From an uncultured archaeon (GTDB lineage: Archaea > Iainarchaeota > Iainarchaeia > Iainarchaeales > 0-14-0-20-30-16), in assembly GCA_964595665.1 (NCBI GenBank), contig CAZQQS010000001.1, forward strand, positions 30,001-62,000: a stretch of DNA of 32,000 nt, written 5' to 3'. Shown here one piece after another: positions 9,902-19,176 of this stretch. Made by a program: the position numbers and the translations under genes. Within the stretch, counting starts at the first letter, position 1, and every line of letters begins with the position of its first letter. A model generated the notes under the pieces. It was given only the letters and a program-made list of their open reading frames with translations. It was not told the origin of the DNA and searched no databases.

Positions 9902-9996
9902 AGTTTCCTTTATAAACCTTTATTATCTATAATATATAATAAAATTTCTTATTTTAAGATATTGGCTTAAACAATGACTTTGAAGGAGGAGTGAAT

Positions 9997-10362
9997 ATGC
10001 CACAATTTGTAAAATATAGTGTAACTGAAGATTTGACTAATAAATTAGCAGATTTTTTAGGTAAAGCATCAAAAACAGGAAAAATAAAAGCTGGAGTTAA
10101 TGAAGTAACTAAAATGTTAGAAAGAGGTCAAGCTAAATTAATAGTTATGGCTGAAGATGTTAGTCCAGAAGAATTATTATATCACATACCTGTTTTATGT
10201 AATGATAAAAAAATACCTTTTTCTTATGCAAAAGATAAAAAAGAATTGGGAAAAATGTGTAATTTAAAAGTTGGTGCTTCTTGTGTTGCTGTAATTAACG
10301 AAGGAGTTGCAAAAAAAGAATTAGATGATATTGCAAAAATAATAAAAGAATTAGTTAAATAG
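9997..10362 (+). CDS. rpl7ae: ribosomal protein L7Ae (also sRNP K-turn binder)
   Basis: GVNEVTKMLERGQAKLIVMAEDVSPEE...IPF motif. A strong GGAGGAG SD precedes ATG 9997; the track start at 9991 is a GTG. Confidence 0.9.
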   Translation: MPQFVKYSVTEDLTNKLADFLGKASKTGKIKAGVNEVTKMLERGQAKLIVMAEDVSPEELLYHIPVLCNDKKIPFSYAKDKKELGKMCNLKVGASCVAVINEGVAKKELDDIAKIIKELVK

Positions 10363-10377
10363 ATGTAGGTGATATTT

Positions 10378-10599
10378 ATGGCTGATAATGAAGAATACGG
10401 AACACCTGCAGAAGTTGTTAATGTAATAAAAAGAACTGGAGTTTCTGGTGAAGTAACTCAAGTTTTATGTAAAATATTAGATGGCAACGAAAAAGGAAGA
10501 ATAAAGAGAAGAAATGTTAAAGGTAGAGTTAAGAAAGGAGATATATTAACATTAGTTAATACTCAAAAAGAAGCTAAAGACATTTCTGCGAAAAGGTGA
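10378..10599 (+). CDS. rps28e: ribosomal protein S28e
   Basis: GTPAEVVNVIKRTGVSGEVTQVLCKILDG..RIKRRNVKGRVKKGDIL. AGGTGAT SD precedes ATG 10378. Confidence 0.9.
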   Translation: MADNEEYGTPAEVVNVIKRTGVSGEVTQVLCKILDGNEKGRIKRRNVKGRVKKGDILTLVNTQKEAKDISAKR

Positions 10600-10604
10600 A
10601 ATTT

Positions 10605-10790
10605 ATGAATTGTCATTTTTGTAATAAAGTAATTCCTGAAGGAACAGGAATATTATTTGTAAAAAAAGATGGAACATCTTACAGTTTTTGTAGCAGTAAA
10701 TGTGAAAAAAATCAAATAAAATTAAAAAGAAAGTCTGCTAAAATTGTATGGGCTAAAAAACCAAAAAAATCTAAATCATTAGATAAGTGA
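10605..10790 (+). CDS. rpl24e: ribosomal protein L24e
   Basis: MNCHFCNKVIPEGTGILFVKKDG..FCSSKCEKN zinc-ribbon motif. GGTGA SD precedes ATG 10605. Confidence 0.9.
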   Translation: MNCHFCNKVIPEGTGILFVKKDGTSYSFCSSKCEKNQIKLKRKSAKIVWAKKPKKSKSLDK

Positions 10791-10802
10791 TGGTGATGGT
10801 TT

Positions 10803-12539
10803 TTGATTCGTGCACCTATTGTAGTAGTTGGGGGGCATGTTGACCACGGAAAAACAACTTTGTTAGATTATTTACGTGGTACAATTATTGCTGAAAAAGA
10901 AGCTGGAAGAATAACTCAACACATAGGTGCAACTGAAATACCATTATCCCTAATTCAAGAAATTTCTGGAGATCTATTAAAAAAATACGGATTTAATCTG
11001 AAGATTCCAGGGTTATTATTTATTGATACTCCAGGACATGAAGCATTTAGTTCTTTAAGAAAAAGAGGATGTAGTATTGCAGATATTGGTGTTTTAATAA
11101 TAGATATTATGCAAGGAATTCAACCACAAACTTTAGAAGTTGTAAACTATTTAAAAGAAAATAAAGTTCCTTTTGTAATTGCATTAACAAAAGTAGATAA
11201 ATTAAAAGGTTTTGATTTTAAAACCACAAAAGAATTATTTACTGAATTAGATGAAAATAGATCACAATTTGCTCAAGATTTAAATGAAAAATTATATTCT
11301 ATAATGGCCAAGCTTTCGGAATTTAATTTAGATTCAGATCGATTTGATAATGTTGCTGATTTTACAAAAAAATTGTTATTAATTCCTGTAAGTTCTAAAA
11401 CAGGATTTGGTATGCCAGAATTATTACTGTTTTTATCAGGACTAGCACAAAAATTTTTAGAAAAGAATTTAACTTTAGATTTAGATTCTGGAAAAGCAGT
11501 TGTTTTAGAAATTAATGAAGTTAAAGGATTTGGTAAAACTGCAGATGTAATTTTATATGATGGTAAAATATCAAAAAATGATATTATAAAAATAGATTCC
11601 CAAAATAATTTTAATATAACAAAAGTAAAGCAATTATTATTGCCCAAGCCTTTATCAGATTTAAGAACTGTAAAATCAGGGTTTTTAGCAAAAGATACTA
11701 TTGGTGCAGCATCAGGATTAAAAATTGTGTTTAATGATCCTGAATTAATAAGTGCTGGTGATGAATTACAAGTTATAACTAAAGAAGATGCAGATAAATT
11801 AGAAATAACTAAAAAAGAAATTTGTACAATAAAAGAGAAAGGTATAGTTGTAAAAGTTGACACCCAAGGATCATTAGATGCAATTATGGAATTGGCATGT
11901 AAAGAAAATATAGCAATAGGAAAATTAGCTTGTGGTAATTTTTTAAAAGAAGATGTTTTAGAAGCAAAATTATTTGGTAAAGAAGATCCATTATATTCTG
12001 CTGTTTTTGTTTTTAATCAAAAGATTTGTCCAGAAGTAGAACAATATGCTAAAGAACAAGGTGTAAGAATATTTAGTTCAAATGTAGTCTATAAATTATT
12101 TGAAGAATATAAAAAATGGGCAAAAGATATTTTGGAAAAACAAAAAGAAAAAGATATGAAAAATATTCTTTATCCTGCTAAAATTGAAATATTTAAAGAT
12201 TGTATTTTTAGAAAATCTAAACCTTGTGTTTTAGGAGTAAAGGTTTTAGATGGTGTATTAAAACCAAATACAAAATTATTTTATAATAATAAAATTATTG
12301 GAACTTTAAAACAAATCCAATTAAATGGTAAAGCTATTGGAGAAGCAAAAAAAGACGATGAAATCGCAATTTCTTCGGATGATTTGAACTTTGAAAAGGA
12401 TATAGATTTAAATATAACCAATATATGTTATATATATATACCGATTTCCCAAAGAAGTGCGGTTAAAAAATATCTTTATTCTGAGTTTAAAGAATTAATA
12501 GACGAACTATTTGAAAAGTATGTTAATTCTGATATTTAA
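10803..12539 (+). CDS. infB: translation initiation factor aIF5B (IF2 family GTPase)
   Basis: RAPIVVVGGHVDHGKTTLLD, DTPGHEAF and TKVD G-motifs. Conserved position after L24e. TTG start follows a GGTGATGG SD. Confidence 0.9.
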   Translation: MIRAPIVVVGGHVDHGKTTLLDYLRGTIIAEKEAGRITQHIGATEIPLSLIQEISGDLLKKYGFNLKIPGLLFIDTPGHEAFSSLRKRGCSIADIGVLIIDIMQGIQPQTLEVVNYLKENKVPFVIALTKVDKLKGFDFKTTKELFTELDENRSQFAQDLNEKLYSIMAKLSEFNLDSDRFDNVADFTKKLLLIPVSSKTGFGMPELLLFLSGLAQKFLEKNLTLDLDSGKAVVLEINEVKGFGKTADVILYDGKISKNDIIKIDSQNNFNITKVKQLLLPKPLSDLRTVKSGFLAKDTIGAASGLKIVFNDPELISAGDELQVITKEDADKLEITKKEICTIKEKGIVVKVDTQGSLDAIMELACKENIAIGKLACGNFLKEDVLEAKLFGKEDPLYSAVFVFNQKICPEVEQYAKEQGVRIFSSNVVYKLFEEYKKWAKDILEKQKEKDMKNILYPAKIEIFKDCIFRKSKPCVLGVKVLDGVLKPNTKLFYNNKIIGTLKQIQLNGKAIGEAKKDDEIAISSDDLNFEKDIDLNITNICYIYIPISQRSAVKKYLYSEFKELIDELFEKYVNSDI

Positions 12540-12577
12540 GATGTTTATTTTGTAAAAATGTTTAATGAGGTGTGTAA

Positions 12578-12955
12578 ATGATTATAAATTTAGCAAATTC
12601 AAAGACTTCAAAAACTTATAGTGTAAAAACAGAAGCTCCAGTATATTTGGGGAAAAAATTAGGTGATGAAGTAGATTTAAGTGTTTTAAATTTAAAAGGT
12701 AAGGGTAAAATATCTGGTGGATCATCAAAATCAGGATTTCCAATGGTACCTTTTATTTCAGGAACTGGAAATAAAACTACATTATTATCTGATGGTTTAG
12801 CTTTTAATGCAACACATAAGGGTGAAAAAAAGAGAAGAACAGTTAATGCAAATACAATAGATGATAGTATAGAGCAAGTAAACATAATTATTTTAGATAT
12901 AGATAAATCTCACAATTTAGATGAGTTGTTCCCAAAACAAGAAAAGAAAGAGTAA
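12578..12955 (+). CDS. rps6e: ribosomal protein S6e
   Basis: GGSSKSGFPMVP motif, size 125 aa, GAGGTG SD upstream. Confidence 0.85.
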   Translation: MIINLANSKTSKTYSVKTEAPVYLGKKLGDEVDLSVLNLKGKGKISGGSSKSGFPMVPFISGTGNKTTLLSDGLAFNATHKGEKKRRTVNANTIDDSIEQVNIIILDIDKSHNLDELFPKQEKKE

Positions 12956-12959
12956 ATAG

Positions 12960-14153
12960 GTGAAATATTTGATTGCACAGTCAGAAGTTAATATAGGTAT
13001 AATTGGTCACGTAGATCATGGTAAAACTGCTTTAACTAAAATGCTGACTGGTAAATGGGTAGATACTCACTCAGAAGAATTAAAAAGAGGAATATCAATT
13101 AGATTGGGATATGCTGATGTAATTTTTAAAAAATTACCTAAAAAAGATGATTTTGAAGCATATACTACTTTAGATGAAATTAATGGTGAAAAAACTGAAG
13201 CTGTAAAAAGAATATCTATAGTTGATAGCCCAGGACATGAATCTTTAATGGCAACAATGTTAAGTGGTGTTGCAATAATTGATTGTGCAATTTTAGTAAT
13301 TGCTGCAAATGAGAAATGTCCTATGCCTCGAACTATGGAACATTTATTAGCTGCAAAATATTCTGGTATAAAAGAATTGATTGTAGTTCAAAATAAAATT
13401 GATTTAGTTAATGAGGAACAAGCAAAACAAAATTATAAAGATATTAAAAAGTTTTTAGAAGATTTAGATTTTAAAGATGTTCCAATAATTCCAATATCTG
13501 CGAATCATAGCATAAATAAAGATGTTTTAATTTATGCAATTTCAAATTATTTTAAAAAGAATCCAAAAAAAGAATCTGAAGAATTTAAAATGTATATTGT
13601 AAGATCATTTGATGTTAATAAACCCGGTGCAGATGTTGAAAATTTAATTGGTGGAATTATTGGTGGTTCAATAGTTTCTGGAAAAGTAAAATTAAATGAT
13701 GAAATTGAAATTAATGTTGGTGAAAAAAATATTAAAACAAAAGTTTTAGCATTAAATACAGAATTAGGATCAATAAAAGAAGCTGGTTCTGGAGGGTTAA
13801 TTGCTATTGCTACAAATTTAGATCCTAGTATAACTCAAAACGATAAATTAAAAGGACAAGTAATTTATAAAGCGGGTAAAATGCCTTCTCCAAAAAGCAA
13901 TATTTTAGTTGATATGCATACAATTGATAGATTATTAGTAGATGATATGAAAAAGCCTTTAATAGTTAATGAACCATTAATTATTACTATAGGTACTACA
14001 ACAGCAATAGGTCAAGTTGCATCTATTAAAAATAATTTAGTAAGATTTACATTAAGAGTTCCAGTAATAATAGAAAAAGAACAACAGATATCTATTAGTA
14101 GAAGATCTGTAAATGGTTGGCGATTATATGGTTATGGGTTTATCAAAGAATAA
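12960..14153 (+). CDS. eif2g: translation initiation factor aIF2 gamma subunit
   Basis: NIGIIGHVDHGKT, DSPGHE and QNKIDL motifs. The start is ambiguous. GTG 12960 lies inside an AGGTGA SD, so TTG 12969 (MIAQSEVN..) is at least as likely. Confidence 0.9.
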   Translation: MKYLIAQSEVNIGIIGHVDHGKTALTKMLTGKWVDTHSEELKRGISIRLGYADVIFKKLPKKDDFEAYTTLDEINGEKTEAVKRISIVDSPGHESLMATMLSGVAIIDCAILVIAANEKCPMPRTMEHLLAAKYSGIKELIVVQNKIDLVNEEQAKQNYKDIKKFLEDLDFKDVPIIPISANHSINKDVLIYAISNYFKKNPKKESEEFKMYIVRSFDVNKPGADVENLIGGIIGGSIVSGKVKLNDEIEINVGEKNIKTKVLALNTELGSIKEAGSGGLIAIATNLDPSITQNDKLKGQVIYKAGKMPSPKSNILVDMHTIDRLLVDDMKKPLIVNEPLIITIGTTTAIGQVASIKNNLVRFTLRVPVIIEKEQQISISRRSVNGWRLYGYGFIKE

Positions 14154-14511
14154 AGTTATTTTAGACACAAGTGCTTTACTTTTATTAAGTGAAGGATATA
14201 ATTTTTTTGACAAAGTAGAAAGAGAATTTGGAAATGTTGAATATATTGTTCCAAAAAGTGTTGTTTCAGAAATGAATAAATTATCTAGAGAAAATTTAAA
14301 GCATAAAAAGAGTTTAAATTTGTTTATGCGTTTATTAGATACATATAATATGAGAATTATTGAAACTGGAAATACTTATGCTGATAAAGATTTGTTGGAA
14401 ATGGATGGAAGTTTATTTGTTACAACAGATTTTGAATTAGCAAAAAAATTAAAAGATCAAGGTAAAAAGATATTTGTATTAAAACATAATAAGTTTTATG
14501 ATTATTATTGA
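14128..14511 (+). CDS. PIN-domain protein (conserved aIF2gamma-PIN-Rpo7 neighbour)
   Basis: VILDTSALLLL N-terminal acidic motif and TTDFELAKKL near the C-terminus. Overlaps the aIF2gamma 3' end. GGCGAT lies 3 nt before ATG 14128; ATG 14134 is an alternative start. Confidence 0.7.
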   Translation: MVMGLSKNKVILDTSALLLLSEGYNFFDKVEREFGNVEYIVPKSVVSEMNKLSRENLKHKKSLNLFMRLLDTYNMRIIETGNTYADKDLLEMDGSLFVTTDFELAKKLKDQGKKIFVLKHNKFYDYY

Positions 14512-14520
14512 GGTGGATAA

Positions 14521-15135
14521 ATGTTTCAATTAGTAAATATAGAGGATTTTGTAGGAATACCTCCATATATGTTAGATTCTGATTTAAATGAATCTATAAA
14601 GAACATTTTAAATGAAGAAAAAATTGGTTTAGTAGATAAAGATTTTGGTGTTGTTTTAGGGGTAGTAGATATATTAAAAACAGATCACACAAAAGTTTTA
14701 CCTGGGGATAGTAATGCTTATGTAAATGTAGAATATTCTTTATTAACTTTTAAACCAGATTTACAAAATGTTTATGAAGGATATGTTAAAGAAGTTGCTG
14801 AATTTGGAGCATTTATGGATTTAGGTCCATTTGATGCATTAATCCATGTTTCACAATTGATGAATGACTTTGTTAGTTTTGATCCTAAAAATAAAAACTT
14901 TGTTGGAAAAGAAAGTAATCATGTTTTAGGAAAAGGAGATTTAATTTATGCTAGAGTAGTAAGTGTGAGTTATAAAAACAATGCTGTTCAAACAAAAATT
15001 GGATTAACTATGAGACAAAGTGGTTTAGGTAAAATGGAATGGATTGAAAAAGAAAATTCTAAATCAGAATTATCTGAAACAAAAGTTCCAAAAGAAAAAA
15101 AAGAAAAAGCTACTAAAGCTAATAAAGAGAAGTGA
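14521..15135 (+). CDS. rpoE: RNA polymerase subunit E (Rpo7) with S1 domain and Lys-rich tail
   Basis: S1-like VYEGYVKEVAEFGAFMDLGPFDALIHVSQL. Conserved position. GAGGTGGAT SD upstream. Confidence 0.85.
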   Translation: MFQLVNIEDFVGIPPYMLDSDLNESIKNILNEEKIGLVDKDFGVVLGVVDILKTDHTKVLPGDSNAYVNVEYSLLTFKPDLQNVYEGYVKEVAEFGAFMDLGPFDALIHVSQLMNDFVSFDPKNKNFVGKESNHVLGKGDLIYARVVSVSYKNNAVQTKIGLTMRQSGLGKMEWIEKENSKSELSETKVPKEKKEKATKANKEK

Positions 15136-15140
15136 TTTTT

Positions 15141-15341
15141 ATGCCAATTAAAACAATTGCTTGTAAAAAATGTGGGTTTGTAATTGACGAGCCAAATGTA
15201 GAAGAATGTCCAAATTGTCAAAATAAAAAATTTACTACATTTTGGAAAGGTGCAGTTATTGTTAATGATCCTGAAAACTCAATAGTTGCAAAAAAATTAA
15301 ATATTGAAAATAAAGGAAAATATGCTTTAAGAATAAATTAG
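15141..15341 (+). CDS. spt4: transcription elongation factor Spt4 (RpoE'')
   Basis: Zinc ribbon CKKCGFVIDEPNVEECPNCQ followed by WKGAVIVNDPENSIVAKKLNI. AGTGAT SD precedes ATG 15141. Confidence 0.8.
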   Translation: MPIKTIACKKCGFVIDEPNVEECPNCQNKKFTTFWKGAVIVNDPENSIVAKKLNIENKGKYALRIN

Positions 15342-15349
15342 GTGATATA

Positions 15350-15688
15350 ATGAAATTTGAAATATTAGAACAAAAAGATAATAGGTTGTTAAACAGAAAA
15401 GACTTTATTGTTAAAATAAATGAAGTTAATATAACTCCAAAAAGACAAGAAGTATTGAAAAGTTTTGCAGCAAAACAAGGTATGGATGAAAAAAAATTAG
15501 TAGTAGATAAAATAAGCTCAGAAAGTGGAATAAAAGATGTTGTAGTTTATTTTAAATATTATGACGATGTTAATTCTTTGAAAAAAATAGAATTAAAAGA
15601 TAATTTAAAACATTATGAAAAATTAAATCCTAAACCTGAAGAAAAAAAGAAAGAAGCAAAAGAAGAAAAAAAAGAGAGTGATGCTTAA
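15350..15688 (+). CDS. rps24e: ribosomal protein S24e with Lys/Glu tail
   Basis: [18 protein letters not shown]-terminus. Conserved position before S27ae. AGGTGAT SD upstream. Confidence 0.85.
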   Translation: MKFEILEQKDNRLLNRKDFIVKINEVNITPKRQEVLKSFAAKQGMDEKKLVVDKISSESGIKDVVVYFKYYDDVNSLKKIELKDNLKHYEKLNPKPEEKKKEAKEEKKESDA

Positions 15689-15900
15689 TGGCTCCAAAAA
15701 AAGATGCTAAGTCAGGTAAGAAACCACATAAAAAAACATTAAGAATTAAGAAAAGTGCATTTTATGAAGTTAAAGAAAATTCTGTAATAAGAAAAAGAAA
15801 AACTTGTGTTAAATGTGGTGCAGGAGTATTTATGGCTGAACATAAAGACAGATACACTTGCGGTAAATGTGGTTACACTGAAATGAAAAAGAAGGAATAA
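15688..15900 (+). CDS. rps27ae: ribosomal protein S27ae
   Basis: [25 protein letters not shown] zinc ribbon. The ATG overlaps the S24e stop (TAATG). Confidence 0.9.
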   Translation: MAPKKDAKSGKKPHKKTLRIKKSAFYEVKENSVIRKRKTCVKCGAGVFMAEHKDRYTCGKCGYTEMKKKE

Positions 15901-15912
15901 AATTCCTTTTTT
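15892..15912 (+). terminator. hairpin plus T-run at the end of the r-protein/RNAP operon
   Basis: aaggaat-aaa-attcctt followed by tttttt. It overlaps the S27ae stop codon. Confidence 0.5.
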
Positions 15913-15949
15913 CGTTCCTATTTTTATTTTTATTTATTTTATTATATTT

Positions 15950-16333
15950 ATGTCTGATATTAAAATGACTAAAGAGTTAATTGATGAGTTATTATTAGGT
16001 TGTAAGAATGCTTATCCTAATGAATTTTTTGCTATGTTATCTTCTGATAAAAATAATCTAGTAGATAGCTATGTTGTTGTTCCATTATTTTATCAAACGG
16101 AAAATTCTGTTTCTTATAGGACTGATTTATTGCCTTTAGGTTTTAAAGTATTAGGCACAATACATTCACATCCTTCTGGTTCAAATGTTCCTAGCTATGC
16201 TGATTTGAATAGTTTTGTTAAATCTGGGCAAGTTCATTTTATTGTAAAATACCCTTATAAATTAGAAGATATTGCTTGTTATAATGCAGAAGGTAAAAGA
16301 GTAAATTTTGAAATATTAGATACCTTTAAATAG
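15950..16333 (+). CDS. JAB/MPN (JAMM) metalloprotease-domain protein
   Basis: NEFFAML (Glu) followed by GTIHSHPSGSNVPSYADL, which matches E..HxH-x7-S-xx-D. The upstream region is AT-only with no SD, suggesting a possibly leaderless start. Confidence 0.8.
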   Translation: MSDIKMTKELIDELLLGCKNAYPNEFFAMLSSDKNNLVDSYVVVPLFYQTENSVSYRTDLLPLGFKVLGTIHSHPSGSNVPSYADLNSFVKSGQVHFIVKYPYKLEDIACYNAEGKRVNFEILDTFK

Positions 16334-16353
16334 TTTTCAAAAGATATTATATT

Positions 16354-16737
16354 ATGGATTTAAATAGTAAAATTGATAATATTGTTTTAGAACTAAAAAA
16401 AGATTCTAATGTTTTGGCTGTTTATTTATTTGGTTCTTATGCTTTAAATAAACAAAAACCATATTCTGACATAGATTTATGTATTTTTCTAAAAGATTAT
16501 TCTAATTATTTAGATTATTATGGATTTAGCAGTAAATTTGTTGACATTTCTACATTTAATAAATTGCCATTAACTGCAAAATATAAAGTATTTAAAGAAG
16601 GTAAACCTATTTATGTGAAAAATAAACAAGAATTAGAAGAAATTCTAAGAATTACTATGAGAGATTATTTAGATTTTAAATATCATTTTGATTATCAATT
16701 AAATTATTTTTTAAATAAACCAAGTGTATCTTTATGA
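16354..16737 (+). CDS. minimal nucleotidyltransferase (MNT), antitoxin-type
   Basis: LFGSYALNKQKPYSDIDLCIFL matches the GS..DxD pol-beta NTase motif. A 4-nt ATGA overlap links it to the downstream HEPN gene. Confidence 0.8.
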   Translation: MDLNSKIDNIVLELKKDSNVLAVYLFGSYALNKQKPYSDIDLCIFLKDYSNYLDYYGFSSKFVDISTFNKLPLTAKYKVFKEGKPIYVKNKQELEEILRITMRDYLDFKYHFDYQLNYFLNKPSVSL

Positions 16738-17144
16738 ATAATACTAGATTAATAAAAATATATTCTGATTTAGATAGGTTTATTTCAGATTTGAAAGTAA
16801 TAAATATAACTTCTTGCAAAGATTTAGAGGATAATATTAAATATCATGCAGTTTCTATGCTTTTATTTTCAATATTAAATAGGGTTATAGATTTGGGTGA
16901 AGAACTTATTTTAAATAAAGGTTTTGCTTTGCCGGAGTCTTATAAAAGTGTTTTTGAGATTTTGAATAAAGAAAAAATAATTTCAAATGATGAATATCAA
17001 AAAATAAGAGAAATGATAAATATAAGAAATTTAATTGCACATCAGTATTATGCTTTTGATGATAAGGATATTTTTAATGCGTATCAAAATTTAGCAGTTA
17101 TAATTAAGTTTATTAATCGTACTAAATCTATTTTTAAAAATTAA
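16734..17144 (+). CDS. HEPN (DUF86) domain protein, toxin-type
   Basis: IRNLIAHQY carries the R-x4-H HEPN motif. Paired with the MNT gene. Confidence 0.8.
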   Translation: MNNTRLIKIYSDLDRFISDLKVINITSCKDLEDNIKYHAVSMLLFSILNRVIDLGEELILNKGFALPESYKSVFEILNKEKIISNDEYQKIREMINIRNLIAHQYYAFDDKDIFNAYQNLAVIIKFINRTKSIFKN

Positions 17145-17209
17145 AAAGCAACAGTCAACTTTTTAAAGATTCAGTTTATTTATTTATACTAAATATTTGT
17201 TGTGAAATT

Positions 17210-18163
17210 ATGATTATTGTAAATTTATTATTATTATTAGTATCTTTATTTGTTTTAATTAAATCTGCAGATTTTGCTATAAAGTATTCTTCTATATTAG
17301 CAAAAATCTTTAGATGGCCAGAATTTATTGTAAGTTTTTTTCTAATATCTTTTATATCACTTTTACCTGAAGCAACAGTATCAATAATTTCTGCAATAAA
17401 AGGCAATCCAGAATTGGGTTTAGGTACTTTATTAGGTTCAAATGTTGCTGATTTATCTTTGGTTTTTGGTTTGGCAGCAGTGTTTTCTTTTAGTGGAATA
17501 AAGGTTAAAAGTCAAATATTAAGAAATACTTTTATTTATTTAATATTATTATTTGTTCCATTAATATTGGGTTTTGATGGAAAATATACGCGAGTTGATG
17601 GAATTATTTTAATATTTGTAGGCGCTTTATTTTTTATTAGAATGTATATTGAAAGTAATAGATTCCGTAAAAAATATGTTTTTGTTAAGAAAGAGCCTTT
17701 TTTAAAATCTTTAGTGTTTTTAATTTTAAGTTTGGGTTTTTTATTATTAAGTGCTTATTTTACTGTTAGATTTGCTACAAACTTAGCATATGATTTAAAT
17801 TTACCTGCAATGTTTATTGGGTTAACTATGATAGCTATTGGATCTTGTTTGCCTGAATTGATATTTTGTATTAAATCTGTAAGAAGCAACCACGATGATT
17901 TAGCTTTGGGGGATTTATTTGGTACAGTTATTGCTGATGCAACTTTAGTTTTAGGTTTGGTAGCACTAATTTCTCCATTTACATTTAATCCAGTAAATAT
18001 ATATGTTACGGGCTTGGCAATGTTTTTAGCATGTTTATTTGCAATTATTTTTATGAAAACCAATAAAACAATTTCTAAGTTGGAAGGTTTAATATTAATA
18101 TTATTTTATATTCTTTTTTTGATTGTTGAGTTTTATTTTGGTGCATATCTTGGCTTTAAATAG
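17210..18163 (+). CDS. Ca2+/Na+ antiporter family (CaCA, YrbG-like) membrane protein
   Basis: Two alpha-repeat motifs: GSNVADLSLVFGL and GTVIADATLVLGL. About 10 hydrophobic segments. Confidence 0.85.
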   Translation: MIIVNLLLLLVSLFVLIKSADFAIKYSSILAKIFRWPEFIVSFFLISFISLLPEATVSIISAIKGNPELGLGTLLGSNVADLSLVFGLAAVFSFSGIKVKSQILRNTFIYLILLFVPLILGFDGKYTRVDGIILIFVGALFFIRMYIESNRFRKKYVFVKKEPFLKSLVFLILSLGFLLLSAYFTVRFATNLAYDLNLPAMFIGLTMIAIGSCLPELIFCIKSVRSNHDDLALGDLFGTVIADATLVLGLVALISPFTFNPVNIYVTGLAMFLACLFAIIFMKTNKTISKLEGLILILFYILFLIVEFYFGAYLGFK

Positions 18164-18321
18164 TATAAGAACATTTGTGGAAGTTGTTTTCTTAAAGATA
18201 AAGTTTGTAAAGGGATAGGTTTTATATATTAATTTTGTGAATAATGAAATAACATCTAAAATTAAACAGTATTTATATAATTATTTAGAATTAAAATATA
18301 ATGATTATCTGAGGAATTTAA

Positions 18322-19176
18322 ATGTATAAAGAAATTGCAAGAGATTTACAGGAAATATTTCTTAGTGGAAGTTATTCTGATTCTTGGCCTGTAGGTTCAG
18401 CATTAGCTGCTGATTTAATTGTAGATAAGTTTGCAGATGATTTAATTAATTATTTAAAAACTAATCCCAAATTATATCCTTTAGAAGCATCTGATTTTTT
18501 TATAATGTTAAACCCAAGGACAATATCTTTAGAAAAAAAACAAGCTGTGATGAAATATTTATTTAGATATATAAAGAATTCAAGAAAAGACATTTTATTT
18601 AGAACTACTTTGGATATATATAATCCGCCAATAATTAAAAAAGAAGAATTATTGTATTTTAAGGATTATAACAAAATTGTTTTTTTATTATCAAATTTAA
18701 GTGAAATTTTTTGTCCTATATTTAGACGACTAAATCACGATATTTATACTTATAATAATTTGTTGTATAGATATTATAGATTAAGTAATGAATATCTTTT
18801 GGTTTCTAAATATATCAATCCAACAAAGATGACTTTTTTTGGGCATATTAATAAAGTAGAAACAATTGAGAAATATAATTGTTATTTTAATAACAAATTA
18901 GTTAAGCCAGAATATTTAATTAATCATTTACAAGAAGAAATTAATAAAAATCTTATTAAATTTTCTACAGAAATTGATAAACTATTATATGTTTTAAATA
19001 GTTGTAGAAAACATATTGGCTTAAATGAATTAAAATCAATTGATTTTAAATATAACATAAATGATTATATTGTTTCTAAAGAGCAAAAAAACAAAATATT
19101 TATGAATGTTGAAAAGAATCTAGAATCTGCAGAACAAAGATATATCTCATTATTAGGGGATTATAATGATTATTAA
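18322..19176 (+). CDS. hypothetical protein (284 aa), coupled to the PEP-utilising swivel domain gene
   Basis: Long ORF with a TGAGGAAT SD. Its 3' end overlaps the next gene by 11 nt. No nucleotide-binding or ATP-grasp motif recognised. Confidence 0.5.
   Translation: MYKEIARDLQEIFLSGSYSDSWPVGSALAADLIVDKFADDLINYLKTNPKLYPLEASDFFIMLNPRTISLEKKQAVMKYLFRYIKNSRKDILFRTTLDIYNPPIIKKEELLYFKDYNKIVFLLSNLSEIFCPIFRRLNHDIYTYNNLLYRYYRLSNEYLLVSKYINPTKMTFFGHINKVETIEKYNCYFNNKLVKPEYLINHLQEEINKNLIKFSTEIDKLLYVLNSCRKHIGLNELKSIDFKYNINDYIVSKEQKNKIFMNVEKNLESAEQRYISLLGDYNDY

Noticed and set aside
9960-9996. K-turn autoregulatory element or uORF (MTLKEE) in the L7Ae 5' leader
   Set aside because: The tGAc...ttGAagg dinucleotides are suggestive. 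However, I could not build a proper C-stem / 3-nt bulge / tandem G-A arrangement by eye, and the 6-codon uORF has no SD.
11273-11863. 196-aa ORF antisense to aIF5B, and similar antisense ORFs at 1969..2187, 3286..3513, 4156..4413, 4482..4670, 8207..8551, 9451..9648, 12616..12885, 14988..15221, 17176..17406, 17755..18063, 22261..22512, 27746..28030, 30855..31055 and 31528..31734
   Set aside because: All lie opposite genes with clear conserved motifs. They have low-complexity S/F/N/I-rich translations, no SD and no recognisable domains, so they are shadow ORFs.
10803-12539. Intein in aIF5B (known in some Thermococcales)
   Set aside because: The G-domain motifs are contiguous and the protein has a normal length (578 aa), so there is no insertion.
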